DNA of 15,003 bases, from IMG/VR virus record IMGVR_UViG_2695420897_000031, one strand, 5' to 3'. The position numbers were made by a program, and so were the translations under genes. A model generated the notes under the pieces. That model had not been told where the DNA came from and did no database searches. It saw only the letters and a list, made by a program, of their open reading frames with translations. Source of the DNA: a virus (taxonomy: Duplodnaviria > Heunggongvirae > Uroviricota > Caudoviricetes). Numbering within the stretch: position 1 is the stretch's first letter; the number at the start of each line of letters is the position of its first letter. This document shows, in pieces, positions 7,801 to 15,003 of the stretch.

Positions 7801-8355
7801 TTATTTATCTCCTGCCGGAAACCTCTGATACAAAGTCGATACGCCAACATCATAGATAATCGCAACTTTCTGGCGCGGAACTCCTGATGCAATTAATCGT
7901 CCGGCTTGTGCCCATTGTTCTGGTGTAAGTTTGGGACGACGTCCACCAATTCGTCCCTGTGCGCGAGCAGCTTCCAGTCCAGCTTTTGTTCGTTCAACAA
8001 TCAGTTCTCGTTCCATTTCAGCCAGGGCCCCCATCACATGAAAGAAAAAGCGCCCCATTGGGGTACTGGTATCAATTGAATCCGTCAGACTACGAAAGTT
8101 GATGCCTCGTTCGCGCAACTCCTCCACCAGCACGACAAGATGCCGCATACTGCGCCCCAGTCGGTCCAGTTTCCAGACCACCAGCGTATCGCCTGCCGAT
8201 AATGTCCTGAGCAGTTTTTTCAGTCCCGGCCTTTCGGACTTTGTACCGCTTATCTTGTCTTCAAAAATCAGCTCGCATCCTGCACAGTTCAGCGCATTAC
8301 GTTGTAGATCTGTGTTCTGGTCATTTGTTGACACACGTACATAGCCAATAAGCAT
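7801..8355 (-). CDS. pin: serine DNA invertase, Pin/Gin/Cin/Hin family (second copy)
   Basis: Identical to 3193-3747 (offset +4608). Confidence 0.9.
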   Translation of the reverse strand: MLIGYVRVSTNDQNTDLQRNALNCAGCELIFEDKISGTKSERPGLKKLLRTLSAGDTLVVWKLDRLGRSMRHLVVLVEELRERGINFRSLTDSIDTSTPMGRFFFHVMGALAEMERELIVERTKAGLEAARAQGRIGGRRPKLTPEQWAQAGRLIASGVPRQKVAIIYDVGVSTLYQRFPAGDK

Positions 8356-8409
8356 GGTAGATCTCCCTGACAAAAGCAGGAATGATGCCATTTGCTCGTT
8401 ATTTCTGCA

Positions 8410-8435
8410 TTTTCATAAACGTTGGTTTGGGAGAA
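8410..8435. other. cix-like crossover site, pin-proximal, second copy (TTTTCATAAACG TT GGTTTGGGAGAA)
   Basis: Left half and central TT are the same as at 3802-3815. The right half belongs to the SvB cassette instead of SvA. Confidence 0.7.
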
Positions 8436-8924
8436 GGCTCTGCATTACCTGTTGGTGTGCCTGTTCCGTGGCCTTCCGCCACTCCGCCGACAGGCTGGCT
8501 GAAATGCAACGGTGCCGCTTTTTCTGCTGAAGAATACCCGGAACTGGCAAAGGCTTATCCGACAAATAAATTGCCTGATTTACGTGGTGAGTTTATTCGT
8601 GGCTGGGATGACGGGCGTGGTATTGATGCTGTACGTGCCTTGCTAAGTCTTCAGAATGGAGGAGTGGAATCACACACCCACCAAGGGCAGCTCTTCAGAG
8701 TTAGTGATTATCGTACAAAAGAAATACCAGCATCAGAAGTTATGGGAAGAGGATATATTGCAAGCCTGACGCCGGGTGCTGATAGCCCACTTGATTTTGA
8801 TGATTATTATGTATCTTCTAATCCAAATGGATATTTTGTCGGGAATCAGAGAACAACAGCATATGGGATAAATGAAACCCGTCCACGGAATATTGCATTT
8901 AACTATATCGTGAGGGCTGCATAA
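8424..8924 (+). other. tail-fibre variable C-terminal cassette SvB (silent orientation, facing away from pin)
   Basis: Encodes ...LKCNGAAFSAEEYPELAKAYPTNKLPDLRGEFIRGWDDGRGID...ETRPRNIAFNYIVRAA, which resembles the receptor-binding C-terminal domain common to enterobacterial phage side tail fibres. The frame is continuous with the crossover site, so inversion would fuse it to the constant N-terminus. Confidence 0.7.
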
Positions 8925-9526
8925 TGGATAACGCTGTATTAAATAGCGAGTTTATTGCTACAAAGGCGGGGAATATTACCGTCTATAACTATGATGGCGA
9001 AACACGGGAATATATTTCCACATCAACTGAATATCTTGCCGTTGGTGTCGGTATCCCTGCATATTCCTGTTTAGATGCCCCTGGCACATACAAAGCTGGT
9101 TATGCAATCTGCCGATCTGTAGATTTTAACTCATGGGAATATGTGCCAGACCATCGCGGTGAAATCGTCTTTAGCACCGAAACAGGAGAATCAAAAGAAA
9201 TCACAGCTCCGGGTGATTACCCTGATAATACAACCACTATCGCCCCGTTAACGCCATACGATAAATGGGATGGTGAGAAATGGGTGACGGATACCGAAGC
9301 ACAGCATAGCGCCGCAGTAGATGCAGCAGAAGCACAGCGCCAGTCACTGATTGATACTGCAATGGCTTCAATCAGTCTGATTCAGCTGAAATTGCAGGCC
9401 GGACGTAAACTGACGCAGGCAGAAACAACCAGCCTTAACACTGTGCTGGATTACATTGACGCGGTGACGGCAACAGATACCAGCACCGCGCCGGATGTCA
9501 TCTTGCCTGAACTGCCGGAGGCGTAG
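8924..9526 (+). CDS. tail fibre assembly protein (Tfa family), variant B
   Basis: 200-aa ORF whose ATG overlaps the SvB stop by 1 nt. Its C-terminal region (...LDYIDAVTATDTSTAPDVILPELP) parallels the C-terminus of tfaA. Confidence 0.75.
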   Translation: MDNAVLNSEFIATKAGNITVYNYDGETREYISTSTEYLAVGVGIPAYSCLDAPGTYKAGYAICRSVDFNSWEYVPDHRGEIVFSTETGESKEITAPGDYPDNTTTIAPLTPYDKWDGEKWVTDTEAQHSAAVDAAEAQRQSLIDTAMASISLIQLKLQAGRKLTQAETTSLNTVLDYIDAVTATDTSTAPDVILPELPEA

Positions 9527-9938
9527 GCCATTCAATATCTGGCGCACTGGCGGTATCGACCAGCTCCAGTGCGTCCAGATAATCCAGCCACAAATTATAT
9601 TGTGCCAGTTCCCCACCTTTCAGACGACCAATAGCTGCTTTACCAGGCCATTGCTTACCGTTCATGTAATCATTGGCTAAATCTATTCTTTTTTGCTTCT
9701 CCACATCAGCAGCGACAATTAATTCTTCTCGTGTAGGTGGAGGAATATCACCCCATGCTGGCATGTTATTTAAAGTTATAAGTTGCTTACCTGTAGGGGG
9801 AGTGCCGGAAAACTCATAATAAATACTGTCACTAACGTTAATGGCATCATGTGGCCAACAATTATTATCAACATAATCAGCCTGCCACTCGATGGCATAA
9901 AAACGGGACTCAGATGGACTGAACACAAAACGATTCAT
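9498..9938 (-). CDS. tail fibre assembly protein, variant A (inverted copy)
   Basis: Identical translation to 4126-4566. Its 3' end overlaps tfaB by 29 bp in convergent orientation. Confidence 0.8.
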   Translation of the reverse strand: MNRFVFSPSESRFYAIEWQADYVDNNCWPHDAINVSDSIYYEFSGTPPTGKQLITLNNMPAWGDIPPPTREELIVAADVEKQKRIDLANDYMNGKQWPGKAAIGRLKGGELAQYNLWLDYLDALELVDTASAPDIEWPTPPAVQAR

Positions 9939-9939
9939 A

Positions 9940-10248
9940 TTAATATCCTATAGCTAAAAACATAGCGTCTGAGGTGTTTGTATTTACAGCAATATTCATC
10001 ATGACCTGAGCGGTAAATCCTGTATTGCTTACCCACTCGCATGAGTTAGTTATCTGAACCCATGTTAATTTGGTAGAAAAAACGCCCCAGCAATTAACAG
10101 GGAACGGGACAGGGAAAGTCACTGGCACAGAATTTACTACACCGACAGTAGTCAAATTTGCGAGCGTCCGGCGAAACACCTGAATCTTAAGACCATCAGG
10201 ACCTGTAAATAACAAATTATCGGTGTACTGCCCGCTTGCTCTTAAACC
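9940..10248 (-). other. tail-fibre variable cassette SvA (inverted copy), ending at a cix half-site
   Basis: Reverse complement of 3816-4124. Here it is not preceded by the constant fibre N-terminus; it meets gp44-like sequence instead. Confidence 0.65.
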
Positions 10249-10250
10249 AA
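10237..10250. other. cix half-site plus central AA, ending exactly at the non-canonical junction 10250|10251
   Basis: TGCTCTTAAACC AA matches the reverse complement of the cix right half and centre. The expected partner half (GGTTTTCGAGA, as at 14085-14096 in reverse) is replaced by ATGGCCGGGAGA. Confidence 0.6.
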
Positions 10251-10251
10251 A

Positions 10252-11211
10252 TGGCCGGGAGATGAGGGTATCACCACGCTTCAGCCGCGCATTAAAAACG
10301 GTTCAAAAGTGGAAGTGCTGATTGGTGATGAGCTGGTGATCACCGGCTGGGTGGAGGCGACTCCCGTTCGTTACGATGCCCGTTCGGTCAGCACCGGTAT
10401 TGCCGGACGTAGTCTGACGGCTGACCTGATTGACTGTGCAGCCGAACCGACACAGTTTAACGGACGCTCGCTGGTGCAGATTGCGCAGGCGCTTGCTGCG
10501 CCTTTCGGCATTGAGGTGGTGAACAGCGGTGCGCCATCGGGTGTTATTCCTGATGTTCAGCCTGATCACGGTGAAACGGTGATTGAGGTAATCAACAAAA
10601 TACTCGGTCAGCAGCAGGCGCTGGCTTACGACGACCCGCACGGTAGGCTGGTGATTGGTGGTATTGGCTCAACGCGGGCACATACCGCGCTGGTACTTGG
10701 GGAAAACATCCTTTCCTGTGATACGGAGAAGAGTATCCGGGAGCGGTTTTCTGTTTACCAGGTGGCGGGGCAGCGTGCCGGAAACGACGATGATTTCGGT
10801 GAGGCCACCACCACCGCGCTGCGGGCCCGCACAGAGGACGCATTTATTGCCCGTTACCGTCCGATGTATATCAGGCAGACAGGGCAGGCTACGGGGGCAG
10901 GCTGTATTGCCCGTGCGGACTTTGAAGCCCGACAACGGGCGGCGCGGACGGATGAAACCACCTATGTGGTGCAGGGCTGGCGACAGGGTAACGGTACGCT
11001 GTGGCAGCCCAACCAGCGGGTGATTGTCTTCGATCCGGTCTGTGGTTTCGACAATACCGAACTGCTTGTCTCGGAAGTCACGTTTACTCAGGACCAGAAC
11101 GGCACCCTGACGGAAATCCGTGTCGGCCCGCCTGATGCTTATCTGCCTGAACCCGAAGCTCCCGGCGCGCGGAAAAAGAAAAAAGCCAGAGTACAGGAGG
11201 ACCCGTTCTGA
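10252..11211 (+). pseudogene. 5'-truncated Mu gp44 (P) / P2 gpD-like baseplate or tail protein
   Basis: Reading frame is open from the junction (WPGDEGITTLQPRIKNGSKVEVLIGDE...) with no start codon or RBS in a sensible position. Family assignment rests on gene order, size and GC-rich phage-like composition. The stop overlaps the next start (TGATG). Confidence 0.5.
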
Positions 11212-11759
11212 TGAGGACGATTGAAGCCATGCAGCGACAACTTCTCGGCCTGATTGGGCGGGCAGTGGTGAAAAGCATCAGTGCCGCCACGAAATGCCAG
11301 ACCGTGGATGTGTCCCTGATTGCCGGTGAACCCAAAGCCGGGGTTGAACATCTTGAACCCTACGGTTTTACCGCAAGGGCAAACAGCGGTGCGGAAGCGG
11401 TGGTGTTGTTTCCGGATGGCGACCGTTCTCATGCGGTGGTTGTTACGGTGTCGGACCGGCGCTACCGCCTGAAAGGGCTGCAGACGGGTGAGGTGGCTGT
11501 CTATGACGATCAGGGGCAGTCCGTGACGCTGACCCGGGAGGGGATCGTGGTGGACGGTGCAGGTAAAACGATCACGTTTCGCAATTCACCTAAAGCACGT
11601 TTTGAAATGGACCTGGAAGTGACCGGACAGGTGAAAGACCTGTGCGACTCCGGCGGCACCACCATGTCAGCGATGCGGCTTGCCTATAACGGGCATCGTC
11701 ACAGAGAGAACGGTCAGGGCAGTAACACCGACAAACCTGATAAAGCGATGGAGGCATGA
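11211..11759 (+). CDS. baseplate assembly protein V / Mu gp45-like spike (182 aa)
   Basis: Contains ...PYGFTARANSGAEAVVLFPDGDRSHAVVVTVSDRRYRLKGLQTGEVAVYDDQGQSVTL... and a DSGGTT motif, which I recognise as the Mu gp45 / P2 gpV family. Translationally coupled to neighbours. Confidence 0.7.
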   Translation: MRTIEAMQRQLLGLIGRAVVKSISAATKCQTVDVSLIAGEPKAGVEHLEPYGFTARANSGAEAVVLFPDGDRSHAVVVTVSDRRYRLKGLQTGEVAVYDDQGQSVTLTREGIVVDGAGKTITFRNSPKARFEMDLEVTGQVKDLCDSGGTTMSAMRLAYNGHRHRENGQGSNTDKPDKAMEA

Positions 11760-12184
11760 TGGAACTGTGGCTGACGGTGAGCGGTAAACGCACCTGCGCC
11801 AGCGCACCGCTGGATCCGCTGACCCGCGCCGTGGTGATTTCCCTGTTTACCTGGCGGCGGGCGGAGCCTGATGACAACGCCGACGTCCCGATGGGATGGT
11901 GGGGGGATACCTGGCCTGCGGTACAGAATGACCGTTACGGCTCCCGACTGTGGCTGCTTCAGCGCAGCAAACTGACCAATCAGCTGGTGCAGACGGTAAG
12001 GGGGTATATCCGCGAATGCCTGCAATGGATGATTGATGACGGCGTGGTGTCCCGTATTGATCTGGATATCCGCCGTACCGGGATTAATGAACTGGGTAAC
12101 AGTATCACTCTCTGGCGTCGTGACGGACCGGTAATGATTTCTTTTGATGATCTGTGGAGTGCGATAACGCATGGCGGACAGTGA
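11756..12184 (+). CDS. Mu gp46-like baseplate protein (142 aa)
   Basis: Small ORF overlapping its neighbours by 4 and 14 nt, in the position of gp46 in Mu-like tail modules. Confidence 0.5.
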   Translation: MMELWLTVSGKRTCASAPLDPLTRAVVISLFTWRRAEPDDNADVPMGWWGDTWPAVQNDRYGSRLWLLQRSKLTNQLVQTVRGYIRECLQWMIDDGVVSRIDLDIRRTGINELGNSITLWRRDGPVMISFDDLWSAITHGGQ

Positions 12185-13229
12185 ATTTCAGCGCCCGACG
12201 CTGGCAGAAAATATCAGTATGCTCCGTAACGATTTATTCGCCAGGCTGGACGTCAGCAACACGCTCCGGCGCATGGATGAAGACGTGCGGGCAAAGGTGT
12301 ATGCGGCGGCGCTGCATACGGTCTACGGGTACATCGATTATCTGGCAATGAATATGCTGCCTGACCTGTGCGATGAGTCCTGGCTGGCGCGACATGCTGC
12401 GATGAAACGGTGTCCGCGCAAGGGGGCCACGGCTGCCAGCGGGTATATGCGCTGGGAAGGTGTCAGCGATGGCCTGAAGGTGACTGCCGGGAGCGTGATT
12501 CAGCGCGATGACCTGGTTCAGTACACGGCAACTGCCGATGCAACCAGCTCCGGTGGTGTCCTGCGTGTGCCGATCACTTGCTCAACTACAGGCGCGGTCG
12601 GTAACGCTGACGACGGTACGGCATTAATCCTGGTCACGCCGGTGAATGGTCTGCCGTCTTCCGGTGTTGCAGATACCCTGACTGGCGGATTCGATACTGA
12701 AGATCTGGAAACGTGGCGCGCCCGCGTCATTGAGCGGTATTACTGGACGCCGCAGGGCGGGGCTGACGGGGACTATGTCGTCTGGGCTAAAGAAGTGCCC
12801 GGCATTACCCGCGCATGGACATACCGTCACTGGATGGGAACGGGAACTGTCGGTGTGATGATTGCCAGCAGTGACCTGATTAATCCCATTCCGGAAGAAT
12901 CAACGGAAACGGCGGCAAGACAACATATCGGGCCACTGGCCCCGGTGGCAGGCTCTGATTTGTATGTATTCAGGCCGGTGGCACATAAAGTGGATTTTCA
13001 TATCCGCGTGACGCCGGATACACCGGAAATACGGGCTGCCATCACCGCGGAGTTGCGTTCGTTCCTGCTGCGTGATGGTTATCCGCAGGGAGAACTGAAG
13101 GTGTCGCGTATCAGTGAGGCGATTTCCGGTGCGAACGGGGAATACAGCCATCAGTTGCTTGCACCGGCAGACAATATCTCCATTGCAAAAAATGAACTGG
13201 CGGTTCTGGGGACGATTTCATGGACGTGA
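12171..13229 (+). CDS. baseplate J-like protein (Mu gp47 / P2 gpJ family, 352 aa)
   Basis: Size, position between gp46-like and gp48-like genes, and overall sequence character are consistent with baseplate J. Confidence 0.6.
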   Translation: MADSEFQRPTLAENISMLRNDLFARLDVSNTLRRMDEDVRAKVYAAALHTVYGYIDYLAMNMLPDLCDESWLARHAAMKRCPRKGATAASGYMRWEGVSDGLKVTAGSVIQRDDLVQYTATADATSSGGVLRVPITCSTTGAVGNADDGTALILVTPVNGLPSSGVADTLTGGFDTEDLETWRARVIERYYWTPQGGADGDYVVWAKEVPGITRAWTYRHWMGTGTVGVMIASSDLINPIPEESTETAARQHIGPLAPVAGSDLYVFRPVAHKVDFHIRVTPDTPEIRAAITAELRSFLLRDGYPQGELKVSRISEAISGANGEYSHQLLAPADNISIAKNELAVLGTISWT

Positions 13230-13804
13230 CAAACGATGATTACATCCGTCTGTTGTCTGCACTGTTGCCCCCCGGTCCGGCGTGGTCAGCCAGCGATCCG
13301 GCGATTGCCGGTTCGGCACCGTCATTAACCCGCGTTCATCAGCGTGCGGATGCCCTGATGCGGGAGCTGGATCCGCGCACCACCACCGAACTGATAAACC
13401 GCTGGGAGCGTCTGTGCGGCCTGCCGGATGAATGTATTCCCGCAGGGACACAGACCCTTCGCCAGCGTCAGCAACGACTGGATGCGAAGGTTAACCTGGC
13501 GGGCGGCATCAATGAGGATTTTTACCTTGCACAGCTTGCTGCCCTGGGCAGACCAGACGCTACCATCACGCGATACGACAAAAGCACGTTCACCTGCTCA
13601 TCAGCCTGCACTGACGCTGTGAATGCGCCGGAATGGCGGTATTACTGGCAGGTCAACATGCCAGCCGCCACCAACACCACCTGGATGACATGTGGCGATC
13701 CCTGTGATTCCGCACTGCGTATCTGGGGCGACACCGTTGTCGAGTGTGTGCTTAACAAACTCTGCCCGTCGCATACCTACGTAATTTTTAAATATCCGGA
13801 GTAA
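13220..13804 (+). CDS. Mu gp48-like tail protein (P2 gpI-like, 194 aa)
   Basis: Position immediately upstream of the tail-fibre gene, overlapping the baseplate J-like gene by 10 nt. Confidence 0.5.
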   Translation: MDVTNDDYIRLLSALLPPGPAWSASDPAIAGSAPSLTRVHQRADALMRELDPRTTTELINRWERLCGLPDECIPAGTQTLRQRQQRLDAKVNLAGGINEDFYLAQLAALGRPDATITRYDKSTFTCSSACTDAVNAPEWRYYWQVNMPAATNTTWMTCGDPCDSALRIWGDTVVECVLNKLCPSHTYVIFKYPE

Positions 13805-13807
13805 TTC

Positions 13808-14407
13808 ATGCATCGTATAGACACGAAAACCGCGCAGAAGGATAAGTTCGGCGCGGGTAAGAACGGTTTTACCCGTGGTAACCCCCAGACCGGCACACCT
13901 GCCACCGATCTGGATGATGACTACTTTGACATGTTGCAGGAGGAGCTTTGCAGCGTTGTGGAGGCCTCCGGTGCCAGCCTGGAGAAAGGGCGGCACGACC
14001 AGTTGCTTACCGCGCTTCGTGCGCTGCTGTTAAGCCGCAAAAATCCGTTTGGCGATATCAAATCGGACGGCACGGTGAAAACGGCTCTCGAAAACCTTGG
14101 TTTAAGAGCAAGCGGGCAGTACACCGATAATTTGTTATTTACAGGTCCTGATGGTCTTAAGATTCAGGTGTTTCGCCGGACGCTCGCAAATTTGACTACT
14201 GTCGGTGTAGTAAATTCTGTGCCAGTGACTTTCCCTGTCCCGTTCCCTGTTAATTGCTGGGGCGTTTTTTCTACCAAATTAACATGGGTTCAGATAACTA
14301 ACTCATGCGAGTGGGTAAGCAATACAGGATTTACCGCTCAGGTCATGATGAATATTGCTGTAAATACAAACACCTCAGACGCTATGTTTTTAGCTATAGG
14401 ATATTAA
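13808..14407 (+). CDS. short side tail fibre protein: constant N-terminus (Sc) fused to variable cassette SvA (199 aa)
   Basis: N-terminus [75 protein letters not shown] is a widely conserved enterobacterial prophage tail-fibre N-terminus. The cix site at 14085-14110 lies inside the CDS at the Sc/Sv boundary, as in Mu S and e14 fibres. Confidence 0.8.
   Translation: MHRIDTKTAQKDKFGAGKNGFTRGNPQTGTPATDLDDDYFDMLQEELCSVVEASGASLEKGRHDQLLTALRALLLSRKNPFGDIKSDGTVKTALENLGLRASGQYTDNLLFTGPDGLKIQVFRRTLANLTTVGVVNSVPVTFPVPFPVNCWGVFSTKLTWVQITNSCEWVSNTGFTAQVMMNIAVNTNTSDAMFLAIGY
14085..14110. other. cix-like crossover site, Sc-proximal (TCTCGAAAACC TT GGTTTAAGAGCA), inside the tail-fibre CDS
   Basis: Same right half and central TT as 3802-3827, with a different left half. 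Both halves contain the AAACC/GGTTT core. Confidence 0.7.
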
Positions 14408-14408
14408 T

Positions 14409-14849
14409 ATGAATCGTTTTGTGTTCAGTCCATCTGAGTCCCGTTTTTATGCCATCGAGTGGCAGGCTGATTATGTTGATAATAATTGTTGGCCACATGA
14501 TGCCATTAACGTTAGTGACAGTATTTATTATGAGTTTTCCGGCACTCCCCCTACAGGTAAGCAACTTATAACTTTAAATAACATGCCAGCATGGGGTGAT
14601 ATTCCTCCACCTACACGAGAAGAATTAATTGTCGCTGCTGATGTGGAGAAGCAAAAAAGAATAGATTTAGCCAATGATTACATGAACGGTAAGCAATGGC
14701 CTGGTAAAGCAGCTATTGGTCGTCTGAAAGGTGGGGAACTGGCACAATATAATTTGTGGCTGGATTATCTGGACGCACTGGAGCTGGTCGATACCGCCAG
14801 TGCGCCAGATATTGAATGGCCTACGCCTCCGGCAGTTCAGGCAAGATGA
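14409..14849 (+). CDS. tail fibre assembly protein, variant A (expressed orientation, downstream of Sc-SvA)
   Basis: Identical translation to 4126-4566. Confidence 0.8.
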   Translation: MNRFVFSPSESRFYAIEWQADYVDNNCWPHDAINVSDSIYYEFSGTPPTGKQLITLNNMPAWGDIPPPTREELIVAADVEKQKRIDLANDYMNGKQWPGKAAIGRLKGGELAQYNLWLDYLDALELVDTASAPDIEWPTPPAVQAR

Positions 14850-15003
14850 CATCCGGCGCGGTGCTGGTATCTGTTGCCGTCACCGCGTCAATGTAATCCA
14901 GCACAGTGTTAAGGCTGGTTGTTTCTGCCTGCGTCAGTTTACGTCCGGCCTGCAATTTCAGCTGAATCAGACTGATTGAAGCCATTGCAGTATCAATCAG
15001 TGA
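14821..15003 (-). CDS. tail fibre assembly protein variant B, 3' portion (runs off the window end)
   Basis: Reverse complement of the 3' end of tfaB (8924-9526). Carries T at the position where the copy at 4708 has C. Confidence 0.6.
   Translation of the reverse strand, partial: SLIDTAMASISLIQLKLQAGRKLTQAETTSLNTVLDYIDAVTATDTSTAPDVILPELPEA

Larger units (their letters stand above)
4737..8428. repeat. direct repeat copy 2 of 129-3820
   Basis: See copy 1. It begins at a non-canonical junction with 4-bp microhomology CTGC at 4738-4741. Confidence 0.85.
8410..10250. mobile_element. complete Pin-invertible tail-fibre segment, about 1.83 kb: cix - SvB(+) - tfaB(+) - tfaA(-) - SvA(-) - cix half
   Basis: Two convergent cassette-plus-Tfa pairs lie between inverted cix-like sites next to pin. 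This is the opposite orientation to the pin-proximal arrangement in copy 1, where SvA and tfaA face away from pin. Confidence 0.8.

Noticed and set aside
10592-11432. Several overlapping 80-120-aa ORFs on both strands within the gp44-like and gp45-like genes
   Set aside because: GC-rich phage structural genes commonly give long stop-free alternative frames. These are Arg/Pro/Gly-rich, nested within longer coherent ORFs and lack start signals.
11590-13151. Minus-strand and alternative-frame ORFs (up to 152 aa) within the gp46-like, gp47-like and gp48-like genes
   Set aside because: Same reasoning: embedded in GC-rich genes, with low-complexity composition and no RBS.
1-15003. Possibility that the window is a simple wrap-around of a small circular contig
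   Set aside because: The repeat offsets are inconsistent (+4608 between copies 1 and 2, +10283 between the SvA-tfaA blocks of copies 1 and 3), and copy 3 contains unique baseplate genes. A single circular permutation does not explain the layout.
1-15003. CRISPR array or other short tandem repeat structure
   Set aside because: No regularly spaced short direct repeats were seen. All repetition is accounted for by the large direct repeat and the inverted cassette copies.

Overview
Enterobacterial (E. coli-like) smpB-ssrA locus followed by an AT-rich accessory island and a Mu/e14-like prophage tail module. The main parts are: (1) smpB and the tmRNA gene ssrA; (2) directly after ssrA, a two-gene operon of unrecognisable proteins (343 aa and 114 aa) plus a convergent 70-aa ORF, sitting between the ssrA integration hotspot and a Pin-family DNA invertase gene; (3) a Pin-invertible tail-fibre segment carrying two alternative fibre C-terminal cassettes (SvA, SvB) and two tail-fibre assembly genes (tfaA, tfaB), bounded by 26-bp cix-like crossover sites; (4) Mu-like baseplate genes (gp44- to gp48-like) and a short tail-fibre gene whose constant N-terminus is fused to SvA. 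The window itself is a mosaic: 129..3820 is repeated at 4737..8428 (offset +4608, identical wherever I compared), the invertible segment appears in both orientations, and two joins (4736|4737 and 10250|10251) are not explained by simple Pin inversion. I cannot tell from sequence alone whether this is real amplification or rearrangement, or an assembly chimera across the inversion repeats. The strongest candidate for an undescribed system is the ORF1-ORF2(-ORF70) cargo next to pin. All family assignments are from recall of protein families, not from a database search.
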